A stretch of DNA of 64,000 bases from NCBI GenBank assembly GCA_000002435.2, contig CM018792.1; one strand, written 5' to 3'. How positions within the stretch are numbered: the first letter of the stretch is position 1; the number at the start of each line of letters is the position of its first letter. The position numbers and the translations under genes were made by a program. Under the pieces are notes generated by a model. That model saw only the letters and a program-made list of their open reading frames with translations, searched no databases and had not been told where the DNA came from. Source of the stretch: Giardia intestinalis (Eukaryota). Shown piece by piece: positions 17,097-28,100 of this stretch.

Positions 17097-19481
17097 ATGA
17101 TCAAACTTAATGGGTATGCCTTTCTGTCTTCACAGTCCTCCCACACCGTCTCAAGGCTATCTGGAAAGTCATGCGCACACGTCTCATTGCACACCATTCC
17201 TGTTTATACAGTGCTTTCGGTTTCATTAGAGAAGACTCTTCACAGCGAGCTGAACCTAGGAACTATCCTTTTAACATTCAAAAGTCTAGAGGACTCACAG
17301 CTTGATATCATCGCATGCGAGCTGTCTCTCTTCTTTAGACTGAGCTCCCTCATACCATTTTGTGCAGTTACACATACTCTGTGTCTTCGTCTTTCCTCAG
17401 TCATTTCGTGCGAGATTGAGTGTGGCAGTTCGCTCACTGATATGGAAGTGCTCTCGTACATACATAAACGTGCAACACAACTTCTCATTGATTCACGAAC
17501 ACCGTTTATTCTGCAGGGTATAAGGACAAATAGCGTGCTTAAATGTATAAATATACCAAAGTCATACAAGGCCCGGGTTGCTTATCCTTTTAGCGACAAA
17601 AGGATCATGCGGTTGGGCACGATTGGAAAGATGGCCTTTTTGGATGTTGACGAGATAAAGCGTGTCATAGGGAATGCGCATTTCACTGATATTCTTGACA
17701 ATGCAAGTCACGGAGCACGCATATGTTTGCTTATTATAATAAAGGATACTGGACGGTTCTTAGTTCCACTGTCCTCCATCACTGCCTTTAGCTTCTTTCA
17801 CCGCGACCGAGAACTGACACTTCTTCTTCCCGTTCGACCTAAGGGTAAGCGCCATATCTCAATGGAACCCATCGTGCTTGTTTTCAAGAAGTTGTCTACG
17901 TTTATAGAATTTGAAGAAAGGTTCTGTACAAACATCTCGGCTTCGAGCCCGCACAGTCTCTACCCCTCTGTCTCCACTCCAGAGGTGGCTTTCGAAGAGA
18001 CTGTGATACATCAATACACAACCAAGAATTCCGATACTGTTGTTGGGAGTTCATACACACTTTCTCCTCTGGGGTGTTTAGAAACCAAGCTCCCAGGCAG
18101 TGTCTATACAACTCACCGATCGGTTCTATCTAGTAGGACTGGTGGTGAAATCGATAGGTTTTTAACCCTAAAGTCTGAAATAGGCCATATCTACAACGTA
18201 GATCACAGTTTTAGCTGCTCTGATGTGGTTTTTAGAGCAAATAGAAATGCGCCACGGTCTCGCAACACATGCTTTACGGAATCGGGGGCCTATGTAGCAG
18301 CCACAATGGGACGGTACCTGGATCTCCTATGTCTTAAAAACATAAATGATAGTACTGATGAGAAGTTCTCCGTCACCACGTGCAAGTTAGGCGCATCGTT
18401 ATTTGTACCATCAAAGATATGTTTCGACTACAACTTCGGTTCCTCTGGATTGTTATTCGTTAGCAATGAACAGAATAGATCAAAGATAGACTCTTCCGTT
18501 CTCAGCTCCATGTTTAGCTCCGTGCTGGATGTAGATTCTGTAATCCTTCAAGAAGGCATGGAACACTCTGTTCTGGGTGACTATACTGAATGCAGTAATA
18601 GCCATGGCCTCTATGGATTTGATGTAGCTACAGGGAGAGTCAGTGAGCACATTCTTTTGTATAATGTAGCTGCAGATCGCTTTCTTTCACCTACGGATTT
18701 CTGTATATGTAAAGAAGGCTCTATCCCGACGGCAGTGGTGGGGTGCAACATATCGCCAAGCGATGCCATCGTAGCAATCACTCACTCCAGCATCCAGCTC
18801 ATTGACAGACGGCTTTCTGGGAAGACCCATCTCACAGGGCATAGCTACACGTATAAGGCTGTCGCTAACCTGTCAGTAGGGTGCTTATCTGGCAAAGGAA
18901 ATCTCGTTGTGGCTACTGACACAGGGGATATCAGTTTCTTCCACACAATGGCGCGTGCAGCGACAAGCTTCGGAGGCTTCGGTCTTCCAATCATAGGTCT
19001 ATGCTTAACTACCGATGAAGATTGGCTTGTAGCGACAATGCCAACCATGATTGCAGTATACTACCTGAGGGGAGAAACGAGCAGTGTGTTCAAGCACAAC
19101 GGGTTAAGGCTCTCTGAACGTCAGCAGCCTCGCTTACTGCGGCTAACACAGGACTTGATAACAGTTTTACTCTCGGCCACAACACAAAAGCCTACCAGTC
19201 TACAATTCTCTCCTGCGACGCTCTCCCCAAACGAAGAGCTCCTGGTGGCAAGCGTGGGGGAGTATGCAATCCTTTGGGACTTTAAGCAGGTATGTCTTGG
19301 GGTAACGGATTACAGCAATGCAGTTATCACAAGAACATCTGGAGAGATTTTAGGTGCATGCCTTGTAACTTGTGGAACCATTGAAGGGACAGAAGATGAA
19401 AAAGAGTCTTGTCCATACTTAGTGACAGCAACAGCTTCTGCCATAGATGTCCTCCGTTGCAGGTTTCCATACACACCCTAG
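17097..19481 (+). CDS. hypothetical protein (794 aa)
   Basis: Long ORF with ATG at 17097 but no AT-rich initiator, so the start is uncertain. No recognised domains. The C-terminal half has a pattern suggestive of beta-strand repeats. Confidence 0.5.
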   Translation: MIKLNGYAFLSSQSSHTVSRLSGKSCAHVSLHTIPVYTVLSVSLEKTLHSELNLGTILLTFKSLEDSQLDIIACELSLFFRLSSLIPFCAVTHTLCLRLSSVISCEIECGSSLTDMEVLSYIHKRATQLLIDSRTPFILQGIRTNSVLKCINIPKSYKARVAYPFSDKRIMRLGTIGKMAFLDVDEIKRVIGNAHFTDILDNASHGARICLLIIIKDTGRFLVPLSSITAFSFFHRDRELTLLLPVRPKGKRHISMEPIVLVFKKLSTFIEFEERFCTNISASSPHSLYPSVSTPEVAFEETVIHQYTTKNSDTVVGSSYTLSPLGCLETKLPGSVYTTHRSVLSSRTGGEIDRFLTLKSEIGHIYNVDHSFSCSDVVFRANRNAPRSRNTCFTESGAYVAATMGRYLDLLCLKNINDSTDEKFSVTTCKLGASLFVPSKICFDYNFGSSGLLFVSNEQNRSKIDSSVLSSMFSSVLDVDSVILQEGMEHSVLGDYTECSNSHGLYGFDVATGRVSEHILLYNVAADRFLSPTDFCICKEGSIPTAVVGCNISPSDAIVAITHSSIQLIDRRLSGKTHLTGHSYTYKAVANLSVGCLSGKGNLVVATDTGDISFFHTMARAATSFGGFGLPIIGLCLTTDEDWLVATMPTMIAVYYLRGETSSVFKHNGLRLSERQQPRLLRLTQDLITVLLSATTQKPTSLQFSPATLSPNEELLVASVGEYAILWDFKQVCLGVTDYSNAVITRTSGEILGACLVTCGTIEGTEDEKESCPYLVTATASAIDVLRCRFPYTP

Positions 19482-19515
19482 CTGCTTCTGGACCATAGTT
19501 CTGTATGTTGTGGAT

Positions 19516-20205
19516 TTATTTCTTTTGTCGTTCCTTCAGTTCTTTTTCTCTTTCGGCTTTCTTCTTTGCTGCAGCCTCCTCCTTTCGCTTCCGCTCCTTT
19601 TCCTCCTCTGGTAGAAGACACGTGCCGGTCTGAATACTGAAGTTCATCACTTTAATTATCTCGCGGATGTCTGTCTTGTCGCTCTTGTAGACGGCGTCCA
19701 TGGCCGCCTTGATTTCTTCTTGGCTTTTTCCCTCCCCGATCATTTGTCGCTGAAGGTCTTGGGCCATGTTTTTCTGCACATGCTTGAGGAGCCATTTTAT
19801 TTCTTTAGGAGATACTTTAAACTCCCCTACACAGAGAATAGAGTTTAGAGTCTTGATCTCCTGAATGGGGCCTGTTCGCACCTCCGATAAGTTCAAAATA
19901 GAAAAGAACTCCTCTTTCATTCTATCTGCTATGTGCATGTTTTCACGGACCTCTCTGACAAACTCTGTAGCGATGGCGATATCGATTGCTGTAAACGTAG
20001 ACTCGACGCGCTCTTCCAATTCTGGGGGTAGCGGAGAGCATACAGCTTTCATGAAGTAAGGAAACTCTTTGATGGACAAGAAGCCATCCCGATCTGCATC
20101 GTAGAGCTCGAAGATGGGCTGGATTTCTTGCTGAATCTCCTGTGCTGCAATTTCGTCTGGCGATAGCTTCTTTTTACCTTTGCTACCCTTCTTGCCCTTC
20201 GGCAT
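19516..20205 (-). CDS. EF-hand containing, lysine-rich protein
   Basis: The track ORF starts at GTG 20292; the first ATG is at 20205..20203 with an AT-rich initiator (gccaaaattgtaaatcaaaaATG). It has a canonical EF-hand loop (DADRDGFLSIKE). The N-terminus (KGKKGSKGKKK) and C-terminus (KKKAEREKELKERQKK) are polybasic. Confidence 0.55.
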   Translation of the reverse strand: MPKGKKGSKGKKKLSPDEIAAQEIQQEIQPIFELYDADRDGFLSIKEFPYFMKAVCSPLPPELEERVESTFTAIDIAIATEFVREVRENMHIADRMKEEFFSILNLSEVRTGPIQEIKTLNSILCVGEFKVSPKEIKWLLKHVQKNMAQDLQRQMIGEGKSQEEIKAAMDAVYKSDKTDIREIIKVMNFSIQTGTCLLPEEEKERKRKEEAAAKKKAEREKELKERQKK

Positions 20206-20707
20206 TTTTGATTTACAATTTTGGCTTCTGAAGAACCAGCTATTAGCGCGGGGATTGGAACATAGACAGGTGTCAACCTTGTTCACGAGCACATGGGCTA
20301 GGCGCTTCTATCAGCATTAGTCAGTTTGTGCCGTAAAGATCGCGACAGTCCCAAACGCCGGATGGGAACCAGCCAGCTTGAGTAAAGGGTGTTTCTGGGC
20401 TGTGGAATCGGCGGATCTACCGCAGACGCAATGGCCACCCAGTGCGTGTCTCGTCACGGCATTTCCCTAGCCCATCGTAGGCACGAGGCGGCCAGACGAT
20501 TTTTTATCGCAGCTGCAGTATGTCAGTATCTAAGTCTGTAAGTGGTGAATGGCACAGACTACGCAATTCGATTTTATGAAGTACCAGTTCCGCCTTGTGG
20601 CGCGCTAGGCCTGGCATAGAGTGCGTTAGTACAAAGTAGGCTACTGCCACGGTCAAACGTCAAATGGTGACATTTAAAAAAATGCTTGTAAATTAATTCT
20701 TCTCAAC

Positions 20708-22057
20708 ATGGTTCTTGGACTTCTCTGTACACTTGCGCTCCTTGGCTCTGTGAGCGCAGAGGTCTTGGTTCTCACGCAAGACAACTTCAAGAGCGAGCTT
20801 GAGAAGCACAAGAACCTCTTTGTAAAGTTCTACGCTCCGTGGTGTGGACACTGCAAGCAGTTGGCTCCTACCTGGGAGGAGATGTCTGGGGAATTCTCTG
20901 TGATGCCCGTGGCTGAGGTTGACTGCACTACGCACACGGAGATCTGCGGGAAGTACGGCGTCAATGGCTATCCGACCATCAAGCTCCTGCAGAGTAATGG
21001 GGCAGTGATGGACTACGACGGCCCCAGGGAGAAGCAGAGCATGATGCAGTGGGCCGAGGCGATGCTCAAGCCCGCGCTTGTGGAGTACAACGATATCAAT
21101 GACATCAAGGACAAAGCCTCGAAGACGTCGCAGCCCGACATCTACTACGTCATGGAAGGCCCTCAGCTCCTCGATAAATTTGAGGACTTCTTTACACCCA
21201 TGAAGGGAAAGCATTTCTTTGGATTCCTCAAAAGCGCGAAGGAGAAGCTCTATGTGATGCGCGAAGGTGTGAAGCTAGACTTCAAGGGCAAGTTCGACAA
21301 GGCCTCTGTCCAGGCCTTTCTGCAAGATAACAGGTTCCCCTTCTTCCCTGAGCTCGGGCCTAGCAACTTCCAGGACCTTCTCAAGAGGCCTGGCCGTCTT
21401 CTGACTTTTCTCGCGATTGATCCCTCTGAGCATGAAGACACGCGTAGCAAGCTCGCCAGCTTTGCACGTAAGCTCCAGACCGGTGTTGCAGATTTGGATT
21501 CTAAGTTTGTCAACGACTATTACACATTGACGTCCATCGATGGGGTGCAGTGGGCGCAGTTCATGGAACAGTTTGAGATCAAGAAGGAAGACTTGCCCCA
21601 GCTGGTCGTTTATGACGTTCTTGCAGGCAGCAAGAAGTACTTCAAGGCATCCATTGGTGACTCAGTGGTTGAGGACGTCACGGCGTTCCTCCGCAAGCAC
21701 AAGTCTGGGGCTGTCCCGCCTTCCTATATGGACAAGGAGGAGGCCAAGGCCGCCAAAAAGACGGCCCAGGGCGAGGAGTACACCCCATCTGGAGGCAATA
21801 TTGCTGACCGCATCATGGAGTACATGAACACAATGCTCAATGAGAACTTCGCGCTCTTCGTCGCCATGGTCCTTATAGGGTCGGCCATCGTCATGAGCCT
21901 GGTCGTCGGGTGTTGCTGCACGGGCAAGAAGAAGAGAACTCCGAAGAAGAGCCCCCCGAAGACCGCCAAGAGGGACAGCGAGAGCACGGACCCGAAGCAG
22001 AGCCCCAAAAAGGCCTCTGCCGTCAACAAGCCTGCGCAGGAGAAGCGCAAGAAGTAA
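20708..22057 (+). CDS. protein disulfide isomerase, single thioredoxin domain, C-terminal membrane anchor
   Basis: Real ATG (taaattaattcttctcaacATG). It has a signal peptide (MVLGLLCTLALLGSVSA), a thioredoxin active site (APWCGHCK), a C-terminal TM helix (FALFVAMVLIGSAIVMSLVVG) and a polybasic tail. The stop TAA is embedded in AGTAAAC (22053-22059). Confidence 0.85.
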   Translation: MVLGLLCTLALLGSVSAEVLVLTQDNFKSELEKHKNLFVKFYAPWCGHCKQLAPTWEEMSGEFSVMPVAEVDCTTHTEICGKYGVNGYPTIKLLQSNGAVMDYDGPREKQSMMQWAEAMLKPALVEYNDINDIKDKASKTSQPDIYYVMEGPQLLDKFEDFFTPMKGKHFFGFLKSAKEKLYVMREGVKLDFKGKFDKASVQAFLQDNRFPFFPELGPSNFQDLLKRPGRLLTFLAIDPSEHEDTRSKLASFARKLQTGVADLDSKFVNDYYTLTSIDGVQWAQFMEQFEIKKEDLPQLVVYDVLAGSKKYFKASIGDSVVEDVTAFLRKHKSGAVPPSYMDKEEAKAAKKTAQGEEYTPSGGNIADRIMEYMNTMLNENFALFVAMVLIGSAIVMSLVVGCCCTGKKKRTPKKSPPKTAKRDSESTDPKQSPKKASAVNKPAQEKRKK

Positions 22058-22059
22058 AC
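22053..22059 (+). promoter_or_regulatory. Giardia polyadenylation signal AGTAAAC overlapping PDI stop codon
   Basis: gaAGTAAACc. It matches the AGTRAAY consensus and is positioned at the stop, as is typical for Giardia mRNAs. Confidence 0.6.
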
Positions 22060-22119
22060 CGTTCTTGTCTGCAGACACTGGAACCCCCAGAGTAATTCCG
22101 GCCTGTTCCTGGCGCCGAG

Positions 22120-22191
22120 GCTCTTGTAGTGTAATGGTTAGCACCTCGGACTTTGAATCCGGTAGTCTGGGTTCGATCCCCAGCGAGAGCG
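22120..22191 (+). tRNA. tRNA-Gln (anticodon UUG)
   Basis: I folded a 72 nt cloverleaf by hand. The acceptor pairs GCTCTTG with CGAGAGC (one G-U pair). The D-arm is GTGT/AATGGTTA/GCAC. The anticodon arm is TCGGA-CTTTGAA-TCCGG with anticodon TTG. The T-arm is CTGGG-TTCGATC-CCCAG, and the discriminator is G. It has an A-box (TAGTGTAATGG) and a B-box (GGTTCGATCC). It is followed by CTTTT, a Pol III terminator-like run, and there is no encoded CCA. Confidence 0.85.
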
Positions 22192-22198
22192 CTTTTCA

Positions 22199-25100
22199 AT
22201 GCAGCCGGACGCCTACCTCCGCCGGCTCGGGCTCTTTGCGGCTGGCCGGCCCGCAGACGCGGCTCTGCTTCTCTCCCGCGACGAGCATGACGAGCTCCTC
22301 GGTCTGGCGGCCCGCGTCCTTCTACCGGCGGGATCACACCTCCTGCGCCAAAGGCTCGTTGACGCCGCCCTGAACTGGTTTGAGGAGCTTAGCAGCACCT
22401 ACGGCTTTGTGACAACAGACTTTCGGCAGCTACCGAATCAGTCCAAGGACACGGTGCACATCGAGGCCCGGGCCCGGTACGCCCTAGTCAGTCTCTTCTG
22501 CTGCATGATCCACGATGAAACGCCAGCCCATCGACTCCCATCTAGGGCTCCTGAGGCCAATTCAGACAGCTTTTCCAAGCTCTGTGAGTTTCTGCGCACA
22601 TCTCTTGATGAAGAGGAGCAGATCTATTGGGACAATATGGTTCTGTTTCTTTGTGACACACTTGCCTGGGTCTGCAATGTGAACATCAATGACGATGATG
22701 CTGATCTGGCTTGGGTCTATTCTCCTGACTTCTACTCAGATATCATAGTTACAGACAACATACTTGATCCCGCCTTCACAAATTCCGTTGAGTCCTCTAG
22801 CATCCCCTATTTGCGCTTTGAACAATATCCCAGGTTGTACAATACAGTGACGTACATATCGCGCTCCGTCCGGGGCCTGTACTATCACTCGCTGGCTGTT
22901 CTCTCCTCACTGCGACGAGTTGAGCACCTTATGCAGATATCCAACATTTCTTGCCGCCTTCTTCAGACACTATCATCCGTTATTGTCGACGAGTATCTTT
23001 CAGACAGTTCCAACGCCGTCGCATTCACTATGCATACGCCTACTCAAAGCAGTCACAGTATGTTCAGATCACGCAAGCTCTTTAAGCAGCATGAGACACT
23101 TATCATGAAGCTTTTGGGGTTTGCGACTGCTCTGGGGAATGCCTATGCTCAGGCCCTGGCAAGCTATTACTTCATTCATGCTGAGCTGTATATGATGGAT
23201 GCCACTGAAGAAGATATGAGCTTGTTGGAGGAGCTCATTAGCAACCTCTCCGAGGAGATAGCCGTCACCATAGTACGGTTTACTCGCGCATTTCTTGTTG
23301 AAGACGAACTCCAGCACAGCTCTGAGACAATCATAACATGGCTTCTAGATACAGATTTCCATTCTCCGGATGGAAGACAACGGTCCCATACACTCACGCG
23401 GGAATACGACCTCTTTCGATACGACGCTTTCTTTTACATAATGCTTGGGTTTATTTCACCCATTCGATCTGTTTGCAATTACTTTACAAGGGAGTTCGAC
23501 CTCCATGTGTATTCGTTCCGCAATTTTATGGAAACCAACGTTCCTCTTTCGTGTGTTTCAGAATTTCTTCTGTCGCGATTTTCAATAAAACGGCCGGCCT
23601 TAGGGCTCACTGCCATGTCACAGATGATCTTCTATGATATCTTCTTAGATGCATATGAACTTAGGAGTGATGAAGAGCTAGATATTCTCTTGACAGAATT
23701 TAAGCCATCCCTCCGAGACTCGTTAGAAAACTTAACCAATGAACCTCTTTCGCTGAGAATTCTTCGCTTTGTCTTGACATCTCCGTACTTCAATGACGCC
23801 TACAGCAATTCCTCAGAAGTAACTGCAACTAGACTATGCGCATGCACGAGCTATATAACCCCTAAATATCTCGCAAGCTCCCTATCTGGTCCTTCTAGTA
23901 TTCTTTTAATCGGTGAGTTTTTGGCCCAAACACTGGGCACATATAGCACCAGCCTCTATTTGGCCCGCTTCATACAGGCGGCTAAAGCATTGGACGACAA
24001 GATTGATAAGCCAATAAATGTTATGAAGGCATGGATAAGCATTTTTCGAGGATTGAAGCTGGCACAGGAGTATATTATTAACACACATCCTTTGGCGCTA
24101 TTCGAGTTGACAGATATGGATCCTTCCCAACCATTTTGTATACACGAATCCTTAGTTCTCTATAATTCCATTCTACCATCTTTTGTACTAGTGAGAGTTC
24201 CAGACACTAGTCTGTCCCATCAAATGAATGATGTTCTTGCGCAGCTGTTCGGAGAACTACTCTATTCTTTGGGATTAGCTTCCCAACTACATAGCATACC
24301 CAATACTTTGTTGCAAAAAGCCAAACCGACTCACACACTGGTACCAGCTAACACACTTATCCAGGAGATGTATATTCTCATATCAACCGCACACGATGAT
24401 AAGGATAACATATGGGCCTGTTCTGCCATGATTGACGGGCTTTTGTATACTCTAGAAGCGTTCACCCCACTCAGCAACAAGTACTCATATATTGACCATT
24501 GTCTGCTTCTAGATATGACGCTAAAATATGGTTCGTCCAAGCAAATAACTAGCATGCTCAATCGATTCTCTGCGCTAACTGCTGGGCCAGTCGTAATAGC
24601 AGACCTTATTGCAGGCATAATGTCAGGGAGTCGGAGGTCCAGTAGTTTAATCTCTAATCATATACTTTCATTTCAATATTCTCTTATAAACTTGACCAGT
24701 ATTACCAATGTAATCGATACGGAAGTGTGGACGCAGCTGCTTCGAGATAAACAGAGCCTTCTCCAGGTTACATGCGCCGAAGAATTGCCCCCTGACCTTG
24801 CAGATATTTTATATGAAATACTAATCGATGAAATACTTTGTGATGACAGTTGTATAAAGATACTCTTTGATCACAGACAATCACCACAACGACTAATGCG
24901 GCTTCCTATTTTTCGGCACTTCCCCCTAGAGATCGTCGCTGCTTTTCTCTCTGATCTCTTGCACTTGGTAGCCAGCGATTTCTCTTACTCTTTGGATACC
25001 AAGAATTCCACTGGATGCATTATTGATACAGAAAATCCGTTCCAGCTTCAGCGCAGCAATCCTCCTGTGCCACTAAGATCTCTGCTACTTACTTTCATCA

Positions 25101-28100
25101 AGTCTATGGAAGGTAATAGTGCACCAGTTGATTTGCAAATATTGTATTCTCTAGACTCATTTCAGACTCAATGCCAAGAGAAGAAGACGATTGCCTTTGG
25201 GGGTACAGTATTACATTTGCAATATCTTCTACATGGAGTTTTAGCACTCGCTGAAATATGCGCTTACCTAAACAACGTTACCTCATCATTACCCGGGTTT
25301 ACCGATATTTCTCGCTACATATCATTATTTGAAAAATCAACTGCATTAGGATATTCTGGAGTGTATTCATTCACAGACTCTCACGAGGTCAGTCGATTAC
25401 CTAAACCTGACAGCACGGAGAACAATACTCTTCCCGGCTTCACCAGATCGATTGATAGATGGACACAAAATACTATTGACATTCTGGCACACAATCCTAT
25501 ACTTGTTACCAGACTTATCAGTATTCGGTCCGCCATAATGTTGGTCGGACGAGAGCTGGCAAGGCAGGGCAGTGCCTTGCTGATAAAGCTGGAAGTGCTG
25601 TTAAACATAGGCGCATCCGGAGACTTTCTCTACAAACATACTACTCATCTATTTGAAACCCACGCAGAAAACAACCAAAAGGAGCTTAGCGGTGCTGAGA
25701 ATGACGCCATTAGTATGACTGCAATGAGATTGCTTGCCTGCTTTACACGAATAGTCAGAACAGACTTCTACGAATTCAATAAAAAGGAAAAGCTTCATCT
25801 TCTTCAATATGCTAGAACGCGTAATGAGTTCTTGCCCCACTATCAGCAGGCAACGGTACTGTCAGATACAATGTTAGAAGACGACGAGCATTACTTGTGG
25901 ACAAAAAACGCACTAGAGAACGTAATAAGCACCGGGATGACGACGATTTTCAGCATACCTCTTGCAGATCAGGCGTGCTACTACTTTCTACTTGCTTTTA
26001 TAAGCGGCAGGCCCCGAGACAATGCCAGCGAATTCATGTTTTCTTCATCAGTTGACCTGTGCATGGTTGTCCTAGCGTTATATAGCTCATTCCTGGTATG
26101 CTTATACTATCCAGAGAAAAAGGATGACACAGCAGCTCCCAAACGATCAGTGTTTCTTCGCACGGTCTATCTCCTGGGAAATTTTCTTTACCTCAATTTC
26201 AATCCTGTTCTTCGAAAAGCCAGCAAAGTTTTCCCAAACATTCCGACTGAAAATAGATCACCGTATCAGAAATCTCTTCATCTCAACAATGCAACGAGGT
26301 CTGAAGAAATGGCTTCCACAACTAATTGGGAAGAAACGGTTGCAGCCATGACCCTCACTATCCTGCTGCACATCCTCAAGAGATCACTAAGTGGTACAGA
26401 TAATCACACCATCAACATATTAGAATGGACTGTCCTAATCTCGTCAGAAACAGTCGAGTTCTTTACCCTGCTACTCTCTGCTCTTTCTGCCCTTTTTAAG
26501 TATTTTAACCAGTGCCTTCAATCCTCAGGTATGCTCTTATCTTCTAATCGATTTTCCTGCGACTCAGCTTTCGTTAGGGTGATCTCAATACAGTCACAGT
26601 TAAGATTGACCCTACATGCAACGATAGGGGATATGTTATCGACTCTTACTTTACCGTTGTCAGGACATGTTATAGGCTTGAAGGTGCCACAATACTCTTT
26701 ATTTATAAATATTTTGGAGGCCGAGAAAAGTGAAGCGCGTAGAGAGGCTATCGATCTTGATGAGGCTACACATAATAAGGCCATCAACTCCGTAGATGGT
26801 AGCCTAACCAAGGATCTTTTTAAAGAGCTCCATGGAAAGCATTTTTCCTTAAAAGAAAAAGTAGCATATGCCAGAGAAAATATATCTAGCTTAGCAATGC
26901 TCTCATATCGATATGCTAGGGAGCGAGCGCCGGCAAAGTCTCCGAAGAAGTTTCGGTTAATGTCTATGAAGGCTCTGCCTCCGCATCAGGTAGATGAAAA
27001 ACGTGTCTTAACGCTGTCCTTTTTCAGTGCCAATGATCTGCTGACTTTGCATGCCATCCATCCTTTCAACTCAAAGCTTTTGGTAGATCTTATTAAAACA
27101 CCTATATTTGCGTTTCCATTCTCTGACACGGCTTTCTGGGGGTCTATTCTTTGCACTAAGAATTGTGGACACGCACTCCTGAAACTCTTTATCAGAGCAT
27201 CTCTTGATGGGAGTCAATCTCTAATTCAGCTGCCACTACCCCTACTATATATGTCGAGATTGTCTCCGTATCTAGAGGTATCCATATTGGCAGAGAAACT
27301 CCTGACCAGGCGTTTTGGTTCCAATGGCTGGCAATCTTTAAATGCCTACTTAATGAATTCTTACCTAGCAGAAGCAGATATCCTTCTTTTGTCACTGCCG
27401 ACAGTTGAAGAACATAGCATATATGAAAGTGGCAACTATGACTTAGACTTTTTAATGTGGATTCGTGACAGCTTTCTTCGTGCAACAAGCGCTTTGTTTT
27501 GTACACTAAACCTTCAGGAAGATCATAAGAAGGCGTCTGGAATCTCCTTCTCAATTTGTCAAAGTTTGTTAAAGTACATAAAACCAGATAAATGGAGGGA
27601 GTATGCACTAAATTGGATTGAAACATCAGGGCTGAACACAGGGTTTTACAATTGTAACGTGGTAGATTTAGGTTCTTCTAAAGGACAAACTATGCATTGT
27701 GTGTTTGAGTGTATGGCGCTTGATGCTATAAAGTCACTATCCCAAGCCCCCGCCAACATTTCAACACTGTTAAGTAGAGAACTACAAAGGCGATTTTCAA
27801 AGGACGCGCGTACATCACTTTGCTACCTAGTGCTTCTATTCAATCCAACGGAATACATGAGGTATATTATTGACCAGTGGACGAAGGAGCCAGAGTGGTG
27901 CGGATCTCTCCTGGTTTATTTGGGATCTCCAATACATGATCTTCAACGATCATTACCTATAGAAGTAATGTTTATAAAGCTCTTTGATTTTGAAAACATA
28001 TTCAAGCCTTGGCTAAACTGCCCCTCCGCGGGGCATCTTCTTGAATTCTTCAATCAAACCACAGAAACTACTGTCTCACCAGAGGTAAAAAGCAGTCTTG

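Noticed and set aside
20330-20500. Possible box C/D or H/ACA snoRNA in the GC-rich spacer
   Set aside because: I could not find convincing C (RUGAUGA)/D (CUGA) box pairs or ACA boxes by eye. It is kept only as a generic 'candidate ncRNA region' finding, not as a feature.
21250-22398. Cluster of minus/plus ORFs (Arg/Ala/Pro-rich) over the PDI 3' end, the tRNA and the GC-rich start of the 2370-aa gene
   Set aside because: This is a GC-rich stretch, so stop codons are rare in all frames. The translations are low-complexity R/A/G/P, and the ORFs overlap a confident PDI CDS and the tRNA.
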